From Felis catus (Eukaryota), in the NCBI RefSeq assembly GCF_018350175.1, contig NC_058368.1, positions 64,792,001 through 64,856,000 of the forward strand: a stretch of 64,000 bases of DNA, read 5' to 3'. The notes beneath the pieces are model-generated. The model saw only the letters and a list, made by a program, of their open reading frames with translations. It did not search any database and was not told the DNA's origin. Below are positions 63,535 to 64,000 of the stretch, in pieces. The position numbers and the translations under genes are program-made. Numbering within the stretch: the stretch's first letter is position 1; every line of letters begins with the position of its first letter.

Positions 63535-64000
63535 TTTTCCCTCACTTTCTGTCTGTGTGTGTGTTTAGTTCTGAAATGAGTCTGTCTTATAGTCTTCATA
63601 TAGATGGGTCTTACGTTTTATCCATTCCATCACCCTGTGTCTTTTAATCAGAGCATTTAGTCTATTTACATTCGAAGTCATTATTATATATTTTACATTC
63701 AAAGTAATTCTTGATAAGTATGTATTTATTGCAGTTTCATTACTTGTTTTATGGTTGTTTGTAGTTTTTCTCTGTTCCTTTCTTCTCTTGCTCTCTTCTC
63801 TCATGGTTTGCTGGCTTTCTTTAGTGGAATGCGTGGATCACTTTCCTATTATTCTTTTTCATATCACAGGTTTTTGATTTGTGGTTACCTTTATTTTTAT
63901 ATATAACATCTTATAAATATAGCCATCTATGTTAAGTTGGTGGACACTTAAGTTTGGACCCATTCTAAAAGCACTAAATTTTTTTACTCATCTCTTTCCC

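Larger units (their letters stand above)
59491..64000 (-). mobile_element. Large degenerate carnivore LINE-1 (3'UTR plus ORF2), continuing beyond the window
   Basis: 3' end homologous to the 6172 copy. ORF2 peptides: CTPMFIVELFIIAKLWKWPKCP, NLWDAATTVLRGTFIAIQAYLRKQE, GDFNTPL, NALIKRHRV. Confidence 0.95.

Noticed and set aside
62782..63804. Possible active L1 ORF2
   Set aside because: Broken into several short frames by stops and frameshifts, with microsatellite and SINE insertions; retrotransposition-incompetent.

Overview
AT-rich, CpG-poor mammalian genomic DNA. The SINEC_Fc-type Can-SINEs point to a felid (cat-family) genome. I recognise no intact protein-coding gene, RNA gene or prokaryotic-type system, so the window reads as intronic or intergenic. 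It is dominated by transposable elements: a full-length but degenerate carnivore LINE-1 (6.2-13.4 kb, minus), a second large L1 running off the right edge (59.5-64 kb, minus), several older L1M/HAL1 relics, 16 Can-SINE copies or fragments (many with target-site duplications, TSDs), LTR relics (ERV1 solo LTR, MLT1 types), L2, MIR and hAT-Charlie fossils, and many microsatellites. The ORF track is mostly explained by these repeats. The most notable observations are: (1) one site near the L1 ORF2 C-terminus is rearranged in three separate L1 copies, giving palindromic microsatellites, a fold-back hairpin and a deletion; (2) a young 147-bp templated duplication inside the old L1; (3) a 76-bp tailless SINE with a perfect 14-bp TSD; (4) candidate plus-strand exons, including a possible spliced 43-aa micro-ORF and an exon flanked by inverted SINEs; (5) a repeat-poor motif cluster at 51.4-52.9 kb. 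Repeat subfamily names come from my recall of consensus sequences and need RepeatMasker/Dfam confirmation. I found no convincing new biological system; the exon, ORF and enhancer ideas are hypotheses.
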